DNA of 64,000 nucleotides from positions 192,001 through 256,000 of the forward strand of contig CBDCCZ010000018.1 of NCBI GenBank assembly GCA_965215005.1. The letters are read 5' to 3'. Below the pieces are notes generated by a model. The model was given only the letters and a program-made list of their open reading frames with translations. It was not told the origin of the DNA and did not search any database. The DNA is from Kofleriaceae bacterium (GTDB taxonomy: Bacteria > Myxococcota_A > Polyangia > Haliangiales > Haliangiaceae). This document shows, in pieces, positions 22,850-32,869 of the stretch. Made by a program: the position numbers and the translations under genes. Within the stretch, counting starts at the first letter, position 1, and the number at the start of each line of letters is the position of its first letter.

Positions 22850-23224
22850 GTGTCGAATAAGATCTTTGTAGGCGGGCTCAGCTGGGATACGAGCGATGCC
22901 AGCCTCCGCCAAGCATTTGAAGCGTACGGATCAGTTGTCGAAGCCAAAGTCATCAGCGACCGCGATACCGGTCGGTCACGTGGCTTTGGGTTCGTGACGT
23001 TCGAGAGCCCAGCCGATGCACAGGCAGCCATCGAAGAGATGGATGGCGCCGAAATCGATGGCCGCGCTGTCCGGGTCAATGAGGCTCAAGATCGCCGTGA
23101 CGGCGGTGGCGGCGGCGGCGGCGGCGGCCGGGGCCCACGGACGGATCGCGACGGCGGCGGCGGCGGCGGCCGTGGCCGTGGCGGTGGCGGTGGCGGTGGC
23201 GGGCGCGACCGCGATCGCTGGTAA
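22850..23224 (+). CDS. RRM RNA-binding protein with Gly/Arg-rich tail
   Basis: KIFVGGLS (RNP2) and RGFGFVTF (RNP1). Confidence 0.92.
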   Translation: MSNKIFVGGLSWDTSDASLRQAFEAYGSVVEAKVISDRDTGRSRGFGFVTFESPADAQAAIEEMDGAEIDGRAVRVNEAQDRRDGGGGGGGGGRGPRTDRDGGGGGGRGRGGGGGGGGRDRDRW

Positions 23225-23249
23225 TCGCGCTCTCTCGCGATGACGCGTT

Positions 23250-23282
23250 CGAACGGGGATGCTCTAGCAGCATCCCCGTTCG
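23250..23282 (+). terminator. Intrinsic terminator-like hairpin
   Basis: cgaacggggatgct-ctagc-agcatccccgttcg, a 14-bp perfect stem after the RRM gene. Confidence 0.75.
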
Positions 23283-23476
23283 TCGTTTCGGACCTGCACC
23301 AACTCACTACCAGCTCAAACGGCTCATCTGCCGTCGTGACATTCTCTGACAGCTCTGCCGTGCTCCGCCGAGCGGTCGCTGAAGATGCTAGAGCGGCCTT
23401 CCTGCGCAGCAAAGCGGCAATACGGGTCAATTGCTGGTAACTTGCCGACGCTTGGTCACCCACGAAGGAGGGATTT

Positions 23477-24574
23477 ATGAAAGCGCGCTATTGGTTCGTT
23501 GCAAGTCTCACCAGCGCCCTCAGCCTCGCCGGCTGCGGACCGAATGACAACACCGGTGGCAACGGAGATCCCAACGCCGGTGACGGCGGCAATACCACGG
23601 GTGATGATCCAGTCACGCCACGCGACGGCGGTGGCGGCGGCGACGATGAGTTCGCCGATGCTCGTCCAGACGCCAACTGCGGTCTGCAAAATGAGGCCAT
23701 CGAGGTTGTCGAGAGCGGCGAGCCGCCGGACCTGCTCATCGTCTTGGATCGCTCGGGTTCGATGGGCGACCCCCTCGACGGATTCTTCCCTCCAAGCCGT
23801 TGGCGGGTGATGTCGGAAGCGCTGACAACCATCACCGCCGCCACTGACGACCAGATTCGCTATGGCCTCGCGGTGTATCCCAGCGGCGACACCTGCGGCG
23901 TCAGTGCCGGAGCCGAGGTGGCCATCGGCGATAACACCGCCAGTGCCATCAACAGCTGGCTGGCCACGAGCCCAAGGCCCCTCGGCGCCACGCCCTCTCA
24001 TCTCGCCCTGACAAATGCCAAAGCGATTTACGCGAGCATGCCAGTCAATCCCGATGGCCGCTACGTCCTCTTTGCAACCGACGGCGCGCCCAATTGCGGC
24101 GACGGTAATCCGCAGCAAAACAGCGCCGACGAGGTTGTAGCAGCCGTTGAAGCGCTGGCCGCCGAAGGCATCAAGACGTACGTGCTCGGCTTCGGAGACG
24201 CCGGCGGCCTCGATACCAGCAACCTCGATGCAGCGGCGCTTGCCGGCGGAGTTCCCAAGCCCGGCGGTCCTCCTCACTACTACTCAGCGCGCAGCGCTGC
24301 GGAGCTGCAACAAGCGCTCGACGACATCGCCGGTGGCATCATCGTTCCGTCCTGCGAGTGGACTCTGGCCGAGCAGCCGCCCGATCCCGACCGCGTCAAC
24401 GTCACTCTCGACGGCATGCCGGTGCCCCGCTCCACCGCGCACACCGATGGCTGGGATTACTACCCCGATGCCTCGACCATCACGCTGTTCGGCAGCTATT
24501 GCGAGCAAGTGAAGGAAGGAACGGTCACCGAGGTCAGCTTCTCCTTCGGCTGCCCGGGTCCAGTCGTCGATTAG
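23477..24574 (+). CDS. vWA-domain lipoprotein (CglB-like)
   Basis: Lipobox LAGC; MIDAS motif DRSGS; TDGAPNC; Cys-containing C-terminus; AAGGAGG RBS. Confidence 0.8.
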   Translation: MKARYWFVASLTSALSLAGCGPNDNTGGNGDPNAGDGGNTTGDDPVTPRDGGGGGDDEFADARPDANCGLQNEAIEVVESGEPPDLLIVLDRSGSMGDPLDGFFPPSRWRVMSEALTTITAATDDQIRYGLAVYPSGDTCGVSAGAEVAIGDNTASAINSWLATSPRPLGATPSHLALTNAKAIYASMPVNPDGRYVLFATDGAPNCGDGNPQQNSADEVVAAVEALAAEGIKTYVLGFGDAGGLDTSNLDAAALAGGVPKPGGPPHYYSARSAAELQQALDDIAGGIIVPSCEWTLAEQPPDPDRVNVTLDGMPVPRSTAHTDGWDYYPDASTITLFGSYCEQVKEGTVTEVSFSFGCPGPVVD

Positions 24575-24722
24575 CGCGCGCCATGGTCTTCTGACGTGGG
24601 GCAACGACGGCTCGTCGGTGCCCCGTGGTCCCTCTCTTTAGTCCCAGCGGGACAGGCCGCGCCGTCGTGCGTCGGCCTTGTTCCCGCAGGTCCTTCCAAT
24701 ACGCAGCACCTAGCGCGAGGCT

Positions 24723-25946
24723 CTACACGTAGAACTCGTGCTTTTCCCATTTGAGCAGCAGGTCCTTCATGCGCCGGCTCTCGTCGCCATAGAAGAAGAC
24801 ATTGCCGTAGTGCTGGCCATAGCCGGTGCGCTCGGCGACCTTTCGCTCGGCAGGAACGAACAAGTCGTGACGTTCGTAGTAGGGATCATCCAGAAGCGCC
24901 TGTGGCACGTCGATGTCTTCGATCCACGGCACGTTTGGATACGCAAGTAGACACCCGGCGTACCCATTGGCGCTGTCTTCTTGGGGAAAGAACGCGGCGA
25001 TCTCCTCTTCGGTTGCCTTGGGATCGCTGCATAGTACGTGGCCCTGGTAGGCGTTGAAGCCATAGGCGCGCTCGATCAGCTCGAAAGCATTGCCGCCCGG
25101 AACTCGATAGGCAACCTCACCGAAGTGCAGCACATCATCTTTGGTGATGAACCACTCGGGATGAATGAACCCGTAGCGGATATCGAACGCCTCGATGAGC
25201 TGCTCGCACGCCTTGCGGATCTGCTGGCGTTTGCCCTCGAGCTTAGGCCCTGGCGGAACGAAGACTGAATAGCCGAGGTGCACGTACTGCGAAATGTTCA
25301 AGAAGCGGATCTTCTTGTCGTGGATGAAGACCTCGCAGGCGAACTCGAAGCCGTCGAGATGGCTCTCGAGGAGACATGGGAACTCGTCATCCTTGATCAC
25401 ACTGATGTCGTCATCACTGGAGATGACGCGGTGACCACTGCAACCAGCGCGGTCGAACGGCTTGAGATGAATTGGGTCATTGCCCTCATGCTCCAGCTTT
25501 AGCAGCGCATCATTCACTCGCCGCAAGAAGCGCGTGACGTCGTCTCGATTCCACGCCTCTTCGAAGACTCCCACCCGCAGGCCCGAAATCTGCGCGCGCC
25601 GCTTCATCATCGACTTGTCGCGAAATAACAGCGACTGATTGAACAATCGCGGATCGTTGCAGAGCCGCGAGTTGACCGCGCCCGCCCACTCCACTGTCTC
25701 TTCATAGAGCGGAACCGCAATGTCGACTCCTTCGGCATGGAGCAGGTCAAAGAGACCCGTGGCGCGCTCGTTGAGGCGCTCAAAGTCCCACTTGATGAAG
25801 TTGATGCCGTTGTCGCGGGCGTATTCTTCGGCCCACGCCGGTGCAACCACCACAAACTTGCGATTGAACCGATTGAGCGCGTCGATCGCGCGCAAGCTCC
25901 ACCCCAATATCGCTACATAACTCGTATCCGGCGCTATCTCTTGCAT
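24723..25946 (-). CDS. ATP-grasp carboxylate-amine ligase
   Basis: FRDKSMMK, HLKPFDRAGC, LLESHLDGFEF, HPEWF and GEVAYRVPGG motifs. Confidence 0.8.
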   Translation of the reverse strand: MQEIAPDTSYVAILGWSLRAIDALNRFNRKFVVVAPAWAEEYARDNGINFIKWDFERLNERATGLFDLLHAEGVDIAVPLYEETVEWAGAVNSRLCNDPRLFNQSLLFRDKSMMKRRAQISGLRVGVFEEAWNRDDVTRFLRRVNDALLKLEHEGNDPIHLKPFDRAGCSGHRVISSDDDISVIKDDEFPCLLESHLDGFEFACEVFIHDKKIRFLNISQYVHLGYSVFVPPGPKLEGKRQQIRKACEQLIEAFDIRYGFIHPEWFITKDDVLHFGEVAYRVPGGNAFELIERAYGFNAYQGHVLCSDPKATEEEIAAFFPQEDSANGYAGCLLAYPNVPWIEDIDVPQALLDDPYYERHDLFVPAERKVAERTGYGQHYGNVFFYGDESRRMKDLLLKWEKHEFYV

Positions 25947-26002
25947 GGGGGACCTTACCATGCCGCACAATCGCCCCTGATCGCTGTGCTAGATTGACGA
26001 CG

Positions 26003-27082
26003 ATGGGCGAGGTGACGGTGGTCTACGACGAGGCGATGCTCGCGCATCAGCCACAGCGACTCGAGTCGTTTCGGGCAGACGAGAACGCGGCCGACGACGC
26101 ACCAGGGGGAGGCTTATTGAGCCATCCAGAGCGTCCTGAGCGGCTGGCTGCCATCGCGCAGCGACTCGATGAGCAACCTATTACTGGACTGCGCATGGTC
26201 GGCGCCAAGCCGGCAACCGATGCGATGCTCGCGCGCGTACACCGGCGGTATTATCTCGAGTACATCGAGTCACTGGCCGGTACGACGCAAATGATCGATC
26301 CCGACACCACCGCGGTGTCCCCGGCCACCGTCGATGCCGCCAAGCATGCTGCCGGTGCCGCCGTCCGTGCCGTCGAAGCGGTGTACTGCGATGGCACGAA
26401 TCGGGCAATGGCGCTCGTGCGCCCGCCCGGTCACCATGCCACTCCAGCACGCGCCATGGGATTTTGCTTCTACAACAACGTTGCAGTCGCAGCCGCTCAC
26501 GCGCGTGCGGTGTTTGGCTGCGAACGCATCCTTATCGTCGATTGGGACGTGCATCATGGCAACGGCACTCAGGAGATCTTCTATGCAGATCCCAGCGTGC
26601 TTTTCTTCGATACCCACGCCGCAGCGCCCTTCTATCCCGGCAGTGGCGGCCTCATCGAAATCGGCCGAGATGCCGGCATTGGCAAGACCATCAACGTACC
26701 GCTGCCCATCGGCTGTGATGACGCCACCATGCTCGCGGCCTATCAAGACGTTCTCGCACCACTCGCAGCGATGTTTGCGCCCCAGCTGGTGCTGGTCTCC
26801 GCCGGATTCGACGCCCATCACCTCGACTTGGCCATGAACATGACCGAAAGCGGCTTCGCCGCCCTCTGTGGCGCCGTGATGAAGATTGCCGAGCAGCATG
26901 CCCAAGGTCGGCAGGTGTTGGTACTCGAGGGCGGCTATCACGCCGCTTCCATCGCCTCTAGCTCGCATGCGTGCCTGCAGGTGCTCGCTGGCGGTGAGGT
27001 GCCAACGCTTGCTAGCGCCGCAGCCGATGCCATTGGCCTAGAGGAGATTCGCACCGCCCGCCGGTTTCACGGCCTACTCTAG
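26003..27082 (+). CDS. Histone deacetylase/acetylpolyamine amidohydrolase family protein
   Basis: HPERPER, RPPGHHA, DWDVHHGNGTQ, SAGFDAH and LEGGY motifs. Confidence 0.92.
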   Translation: MGEVTVVYDEAMLAHQPQRLESFRADENAADDAPGGGLLSHPERPERLAAIAQRLDEQPITGLRMVGAKPATDAMLARVHRRYYLEYIESLAGTTQMIDPDTTAVSPATVDAAKHAAGAAVRAVEAVYCDGTNRAMALVRPPGHHATPARAMGFCFYNNVAVAAAHARAVFGCERILIVDWDVHHGNGTQEIFYADPSVLFFDTHAAAPFYPGSGGLIEIGRDAGIGKTINVPLPIGCDDATMLAAYQDVLAPLAAMFAPQLVLVSAGFDAHHLDLAMNMTESGFAALCGAVMKIAEQHAQGRQVLVLEGGYHAASIASSSHACLQVLAGGEVPTLASAAADAIGLEEIRTARRFHGLL

Positions 27083-28545
27083 CTGCGAACCTCTTTGGCG
27101 GCGGCGAGCACTTCCGCGACCAGCGCGTCGGCATCGGCAAGCGTGGAGCGAGGTCCGATGAAGCAAGGCCGTATCGCCAGCTTGTTGTTCACTCGCGTGC
27201 TCGAAGGCGTCACCCGGCCGCGGCTCTGCACGCGCGCCAGAATTTCCTCATTGAGACGCTCCAGAGTGCCGGAGTCGCGAATGCTGGGTGGATGATAGCG
27301 AAAGCAGCAAATCGACAACACCGGCGGGGCGAGTAGCTCGAGCTCCGGGTGCGCCTCCACCAAGGTGGCAACGTGGCGAGCGCAGTCGAGGTGCCGCGTG
27401 ACCCGCGCGCGCATGCCGGCGGCGCCAATCTCTTTGAGCGTCGCCCACACCGCCAGACCGCGCGCGGGGGCCGAGTGCTCGGGCGTGTGGTCCGCGGAGC
27501 CCTCGCCAAGCTCGGCGAAGGCCGACAGTGGATCACCGCCGGTGCGTCGGCCGAAGCGGACGTATGCTGCCGATTCAATCGCCAACGCGCGCGATAGCAG
27601 TGACGGGTCGCGTACCAGCGCGGCGCCGCAACCGATGGGCACCGCCATCCACTTGTGCGGATCGACGGCGAGCGAATCAATGGCCGCAAAGTCGCCGTAG
27701 CGCCCACGCACCCGCTCATCGAGCACGCCAAAGCCGCCGTAGGCGCCATCCACGTGCAACCAAACCCCACGCTCGTGGGCGATTGCCAGCATCGCGTCGA
27801 TGGGATCGATGCTGCCGGTGTTGACCTCTCCCGCCGATGCGACCACGGCAACCGCGGTGATTCCGGCCGCGCGGTCGGCGTCCAGCGCCCGCTCGAGCGC
27901 CGCCAGGTCCGGCCCTCGCTGCGGCGACCACGGCACCCGCACCAGTGCATCGCGACCGAGGCCGAGGATCGCCAGCGCGCGCTCGACCACCCGATGCGCC
28001 GACTCCGGTGCGTACACCCGAGCACGCCCTAACGCGGCCACGCCCTCGGCGGCCACGTCGACACCGACCCGCTCCCCGGCGTGTTGTCGCGCCGCGAGTA
28101 GCCCCACCAGGTTCGCCATCGCGCCGCCGCTGACCAACGCCCCGCCAAACGACTCCGGCAGTCCGAGAAGCTGCGCCAACCATCGCACCGCTTGGACCTC
28201 GAGAAAATTGCCTGGATGAACCCACCACCGCTGCGGCGCCGCCAGCGAGCCGACCAAGCTCGCCGCCGTAGGGATCACGGTGGGCATGGTGGTCACCCAG
28301 CCGCAAAAGCCCGAGGCGCCGAGCGGCAAGCCGTGTTCGGTCACCACCTGCGCAAGCAGCTCGAGCACCGCATCGGCACCAGCGCCTTGCTCAGGCAGCG
28401 CTTCTTCCAAAAGCGGTCGCCACACCGACCGCTCGGCAGCGCGTGCGGGATGCTCGAACGCTAGAAACCGCTCCAACGCTGGCAACAAGCCACGAATGGC
28501 TGCGCCGAGCTCGGCAGTGCGCGCAAGGTCATGGTCCAACGTCAT
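27079..28545 (-). CDS. Group II PLP-dependent amino acid decarboxylase
   Basis: SGGAMAN, WLHVDGAYGG and DPHKW (PLP lysine) motifs. Confidence 0.9.
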   Translation of the reverse strand: MTLDHDLARTAELGAAIRGLLPALERFLAFEHPARAAERSVWRPLLEEALPEQGAGADAVLELLAQVVTEHGLPLGASGFCGWVTTMPTVIPTAASLVGSLAAPQRWWVHPGNFLEVQAVRWLAQLLGLPESFGGALVSGGAMANLVGLLAARQHAGERVGVDVAAEGVAALGRARVYAPESAHRVVERALAILGLGRDALVRVPWSPQRGPDLAALERALDADRAAGITAVAVVASAGEVNTGSIDPIDAMLAIAHERGVWLHVDGAYGGFGVLDERVRGRYGDFAAIDSLAVDPHKWMAVPIGCGAALVRDPSLLSRALAIESAAYVRFGRRTGGDPLSAFAELGEGSADHTPEHSAPARGLAVWATLKEIGAAGMRARVTRHLDCARHVATLVEAHPELELLAPPVLSICCFRYHPPSIRDSGTLERLNEEILARVQSRGRVTPSSTRVNNKLAIRPCFIGPRSTLADADALVAEVLAAAKEVRS

Positions 28546-28746
28546 GCGTGCCTTCGTAGAACAGTCGTGCCGCAGCGAGCAATGCCCTGCGCAGCGCGCG
28601 TTCGCAATCCACGCGAATGACGTGCAACCATGGCTCGCCAGCGGTAGCTACACGCGCCAGTAACAGCCACCGGCGGCCACCACAGTTGCCGCTGATCGTC
28701 CACGCCACTTCCTCGAATTCGCTTACAAAGTGGCGATAGCGGGCCG

Positions 28747-28762
28747 CGGCACACCAGTTGCT
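28747..28762 (+). promoter_or_regulatory. Putative sigma54 promoter
   Basis: CGGCACACCAGTTGCT; 13 nt between GC and ATG 28775. Confidence 0.6.
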
Positions 28763-28774
28763 GTTGACGCCGCC

Positions 28775-29746
28775 ATGCTTCGCGTCACTTCCCTTGTACT
28801 CCTGGCCACGCTAGCCGCGGCGCCCTCGTCTGGTTGCGTCGTTGACGACGTAGCTACCGAGCCCGCAAGCGTCGACCTCGGCAAAGCCGACGACGCCTCC
28901 AATGACCCCGAGGACTGCATCTTCGATGCAACAGATTCTTTCGAGCCGCACTCGCGGATGCCCAAAGGACGCTACCGTGGCCGCTGCCTCGATACCCGCC
29001 AAGCCCGTTCTATCGTCCATCTGAGCGCCGAGCAGGCAGCGCCCTATGGTGGCCTCAGCAGCAGCGAGATCGTCGTCGCCAACGTGTTTCACGACGACGC
29101 CTTCTGGGTCGCGCGCATTCCCGCTGACGGCATCGAGACGGTGCTGTTTCAGCTCGAATACTTTCCAGCGATCGTCCCTGCAGGGCATACGCAATTTCGG
29201 CTGCGCTTCAGCGCCGATCAGCCGGTGCGGCTCATCGGCCAGGCGGGCGCAAACGCCGGAGCCACGGCGACGCTACGCGACTTGGTGCTGTCGGTGGAAG
29301 CGATCGGCCAACTCGGCTACCAATACGACGTGGTGCGTGGGCTCACCAACGAGTTTGGAGCCGTCTATCGAGTGCTGTCGCTCGACGCCAAGGTCGAACA
29401 CATGATCATCGCGCAGGACCACGAGGTCGAGCAGTGGGAGCTCGAGCTCACGACCGACGAGAAGCGCGAGCTATTGGCCAACTTCCTCGACGAGAGCGAT
29501 ATCCGCGGCATGAGCTTCATGTACAACACGCTCTTTCTCAACTGCACCAACGAGCTCGTGCGGGTGCTCGATGACTCGGTGAGTTACACCGTGGGCGAGC
29601 AGCTCAAGCGCTTCCTCACCAAGGTCACCGAGTTCTATCCCAACATCATCCGCGCCGCGCTGATCGCTCGCGGACTGTTGCCCCTCGATCAGTCGACCGA
29701 CTGGCCGCGGCTCAAAAACGACCCGACGATCGCCGAGCTTCTTTGA
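28775..29746 (+). CDS. Lipoprotein with DUF4105/Lnb-like domain
   Basis: Signal peptide with Cys; GKAD motif; GHTQ ... YNTLFLNCTN. Confidence 0.65.
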   Translation: MLRVTSLVLLATLAAAPSSGCVVDDVATEPASVDLGKADDASNDPEDCIFDATDSFEPHSRMPKGRYRGRCLDTRQARSIVHLSAEQAAPYGGLSSSEIVVANVFHDDAFWVARIPADGIETVLFQLEYFPAIVPAGHTQFRLRFSADQPVRLIGQAGANAGATATLRDLVLSVEAIGQLGYQYDVVRGLTNEFGAVYRVLSLDAKVEHMIIAQDHEVEQWELELTTDEKRELLANFLDESDIRGMSFMYNTLFLNCTNELVRVLDDSVSYTVGEQLKRFLTKVTEFYPNIIRAALIARGLLPLDQSTDWPRLKNDPTIAELL

Positions 29747-29755
29747 GGCGCCAGC

Positions 29756-30022
29756 TCAGGTGCCGACGCCTTGGCGCTTGAGCGGGCTCGAGACCCGCAG
29801 CTCGTTGGATTCGCGGCTCTTGCGCTCGACCTGGATGTCGATGCATTCGGCGTCAATATCCACGTAGCGCGCCAGCACCTCGGCAATTTCGGCGCGCAGC
29901 TCTTGCAGCCGCGCGCCGTCGAGGCCGGCCCGATCGTGAGCCAAGACCAAATGCAGGCGCCCCTTGGCCTCATCGCGGCTGGCCTTGCGGGTGCCAAATA
30001 GATTCCGTACGCCATTCCACAT
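29756..30022 (-). CDS. minE: Cell division topological specificity factor MinE
   Basis: SRDEAKGRLHLVLAHDR ... EIAEVLARYVDI; GAGGAG RBS. Confidence 0.92.
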   Translation of the reverse strand: MWNGVRNLFGTRKASRDEAKGRLHLVLAHDRAGLDGARLQELRAEIAEVLARYVDIDAECIDIQVERKSRESNELRVSSPLKRQGVGT

Positions 30023-30033
30023 CGAGACGCTCC

Positions 30034-30831
30034 TCACGACGCCGCCGGCGCAAAGCCGAGCGCGCGCGACAGACGGGCAAAGAAGCCGACATTGGCCGGC
30101 TCCTCGGCAACCTCGAGACCAGCAAGCCGACGCGCTGCATAGTCGAAACCGCGCGCTGCTGGCGACACGCCTTCGAGAGTCGCGGGCACTCCTTTGTTGG
30201 TCGCCGAGACGATGCTGTCATCGAGCGGAATGGCCGCAAGCAGCTCGAGCGCCAGGATCTCGATGACGTCTTCCTGCGACAGCATATCGCCGCGCCGCAC
30301 CATCTCTGCAGAAATGCGATTGACGATAAGTCGCGCGGGGATGTCGCTCTTCGACAACAGACCCACCACGCGATCGGCATCACGAATTGAAGACACCTCC
30401 GGCGTTGCCACCACGATGGCTTCATCCGCGCCAGCGATGGCGTTGCGGAAGCCCTGCTCGATGCCAGCGGGGCAGTCGATGATGACGAAGTCGAAGCTCT
30501 CCTTGAGCGAGCCGACGATCTCACGCATCTGGTCGGGCGCGATGGCATCTTTCTCGTCGGTCTGCGACGACGGCAAAAGGTGCAGGTTTTCGATGCGACG
30601 ATCTTTGATCAGCGCTTTCGCAGCCGTGCACTTGCCGTTGGCGACGTCGACGAGATGGTAGACGATGCGATTTTCCAGCCCCATGACCACATCGAGATTG
30701 CGTAGCCCGATGTCGGCATCTATCAAGACGACGCTCGAGCCGAGCTTGGCTAGCGAGGTCCCAAGATTGGCGGTCGTCGTGGTCTTGCCGACGCCGCCCT
30801 TGCCCGAAGTGATGACGATTGCTCGACCCAT
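30034..30831 (-). CDS. minD: Septum site-determining ATPase MinD
   Basis: TSGKGGVGKTT, DIGLRNLD, DCPAGIE and PEVSSIRDADR motifs; C-terminal amphipathic helix. Confidence 0.95.
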   Translation of the reverse strand: MGRAIVITSGKGGVGKTTTTANLGTSLAKLGSSVVLIDADIGLRNLDVVMGLENRIVYHLVDVANGKCTAAKALIKDRRIENLHLLPSSQTDEKDAIAPDQMREIVGSLKESFDFVIIDCPAGIEQGFRNAIAGADEAIVVATPEVSSIRDADRVVGLLSKSDIPARLIVNRISAEMVRRGDMLSQEDVIEILALELLAAIPLDDSIVSATNKGVPATLEGVSPAARGFDYAARRLAGLEVAEEPANVGFFARLSRALGFAPAAS

Positions 30832-30840
30832 GGCGTTCTC

Positions 30841-31554
30841 CTAAAGGCCGGCGACGCGAAAGCCGCCCGGCAGTTTCCCTTGATACTCTTCGACGAGGAT
30901 GCGATCGGCTGCGCGATACGCGATTTCGGCGGCACGCGCCGCTGGCGCATCGCCGGCGCGAGCGATGAGGTCCCCAATGCGCAGCTGCTGAGGAGCCAGC
31001 CGCAGCGCTAATATGAAGCTATCCACACCGCCCATTCCCGCATGGGCAATGCCGCGGAGCGCACCGAGCACGATGACGCTCTTGCCGGCGCGAAGCTCGG
31101 CTCCGGGGTTGACGTCGCCCAGCACCACCAGATGCTCGGGCACCTCGAGAATGGTCCCAGAGCGAACCGGTCCCGCCAACACCCGAGTCTGCGCCGGAGC
31201 CGGCAGTGGCAGCGTCGACATCGCTGGAAGCGGCGGTGGCGGCAGCGGCGGCGCTCGTGGCGGCTCGGGTCGCGGCGCCGGCCCCACCTCGACGATGCGC
31301 AGTGCATAGCGGCTGGTGATGGCATCGAGCCGCGCGAGCGCGCCCACCGGCAGTGGATCCTCGCAGCGCACCACCACGTCGCTACCGCAGAAGAACTCCG
31401 GCGACTGCGCCAGCCGAGCCCGGAGCTCGCGCGAGATCTGTTCGGCGGTCGCGCCGCTTTCGATGACGATCTCGAGTCCGCGCTTGGTTCCGCGCAGAGA
31501 CACCGTCGGAAGGCGGGATTCTTGGCGTTCGAAAGCTGCGCTGGAGACGTTCAT
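30841..31554 (-). CDS. minC: Septum site-determining protein MinC
   Basis: PVRSG, LGDVNPGAE, GALRGIAHAG and QLRI beta-helix motifs. Confidence 0.9.
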   Translation of the reverse strand: MNVSSAAFERQESRLPTVSLRGTKRGLEIVIESGATAEQISRELRARLAQSPEFFCGSDVVVRCEDPLPVGALARLDAITSRYALRIVEVGPAPRPEPPRAPPLPPPPLPAMSTLPLPAPAQTRVLAGPVRSGTILEVPEHLVVLGDVNPGAELRAGKSVIVLGALRGIAHAGMGGVDSFILALRLAPQQLRIGDLIARAGDAPAARAAEIAYRAADRILVEEYQGKLPGGFRVAGL

Positions 31555-31669
31555 TGGCTGGAGCCGACCTCGTGCTCAGTGGCGATGCCCAACTGCATCA
31601 CCCACCTCCTCGGGTATCGCCTCCACCGATCCGAGGCAACTTTTCGACCCTGGTGCGACCGAAAATAAA

Positions 31670-31701
31670 TCGCGCCGCGCGCGAATCATCGCGGCGGCGC
31701 G
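31670..31701 (-). terminator. Putative intrinsic terminator
   Basis: tcgcgccgc...gcggcgcga hairpin followed by TTTATTTT on the minus strand. Confidence 0.55.
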
Positions 31702-31720
31702 AGCGCTCGATGAGCGATTG

Positions 31721-32767
31721 TCAGACGGGATCGACCGAGCGGCGATGCGCCTCCGCTACGCGCGGACTACGCGTCTTGGGCGCACCGAGAAGCCCGCCCA
31801 CGCCCGCGGCCACTGCAGTGATCAGCAGGTAGAAAAACATCCACCACGCCGCGCTCGCCACCGCGTTCGCGGTTGCCTCGGCGGCATCCACCGCCATCGC
31901 CTGCGTGTCCTGCCAAGCACCCGAAGCGCGCTTCTCGACATCGGACCACGCGCTGCCAAAGGTTTGCGCCCACGCATCCACGCGCTGTCGCGCTTGCGCC
32001 TCGGTCAGCTCGGTACGCGCCACCAACACGTTGACCGCTGCGTCCTTATCGGCTGCAGAGACCGTGGTGCGAGCGGTGCGGTAGAGCTGCGAGAGCGCCG
32101 ACTCGAGCTCGGCTTTCGCCGCCTCCGGCGTTGCAGCCGCGGCCGCCTGCTCGAGCTGGCCCGGCACTGCATCGAGCCGTTGCTGAACCGCTTCCGGTTG
32201 TAGCTCTGGCGCCTTGGTCTGCCGCAACAGCTCCATCGCTTCCTGCTTGACCTGCTCCCACTGCACGTCGGGCGCATTCGCTCCCTCCGCCAGTCCCGGC
32301 ATATCGAGCTTCGCGATGCCACTACCGACCGCGCGCACGCCCTGCGCCGCCACCGAGGCGCCGGTTCCCACCACGCGGAAGGCACCCGAGATCATCGCGC
32401 CGACCACCGTGGTCATGAGCGCCACGATTGCCACCGTCGCCAGGGCCCATACCACCAGGCCGTGCAGCGTGCCCTCCCACTTGCGCCGCAGCCCCGCCAA
32501 TCGCCCAGCAGCGGCGCCACCGGCCAACAGCGCCAAAATTCCGCTCACCAGCCACCAGATGCCCGCGCCGATCCCCAGTGCCTTGACGCCCGGTGTGTCA
32601 CCTGTGGCCGGGTCGATGGTCGTGGCGCCGATCGCCACACCGAGCGCACCGAGCAGCGTCATTACTGCGACCGCGATGAACGCGCCGCCAAAGATCGCGC
32701 CCCACGAGGCGCGCTTGAGCGGCGCTAGTTCGTATTCCCTTCGCTCTACCGTCCGTTCGAGTGCCAT
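31721..32767 (-). CDS. Uncharacterised membrane protein
   Basis: SWGAIFGG N-terminal TM bundle, helical linker, C-terminal TM; GGAGG RBS; sigma54-like AGGCACAGTGAATGCA at 32794-32809. Confidence 0.75.
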   Translation of the reverse strand: MALERTVERREYELAPLKRASWGAIFGGAFIAVAVMTLLGALGVAIGATTIDPATGDTPGVKALGIGAGIWWLVSGILALLAGGAAAGRLAGLRRKWEGTLHGLVVWALATVAIVALMTTVVGAMISGAFRVVGTGASVAAQGVRAVGSGIAKLDMPGLAEGANAPDVQWEQVKQEAMELLRQTKAPELQPEAVQQRLDAVPGQLEQAAAAATPEAAKAELESALSQLYRTARTTVSAADKDAAVNVLVARTELTEAQARQRVDAWAQTFGSAWSDVEKRASGAWQDTQAMAVDAAEATANAVASAAWWMFFYLLITAVAAGVGGLLGAPKTRSPRVAEAHRRSVDPV

Positions 32768-32869
32768 GATCGTCACCTCCGCGGGACGGCGCTTGCATTC
32801 ACTGTGCCTTACCTCACAGGAGAGGCATTTACGGTCGCACAGCTTGCAGCGATTGCAGCCCTCTTCCTG

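Noticed and set aside
23100..23205. GGC-rich low-complexity tract
   Set aside because: It encodes the normal Gly-rich tail of the RRM protein
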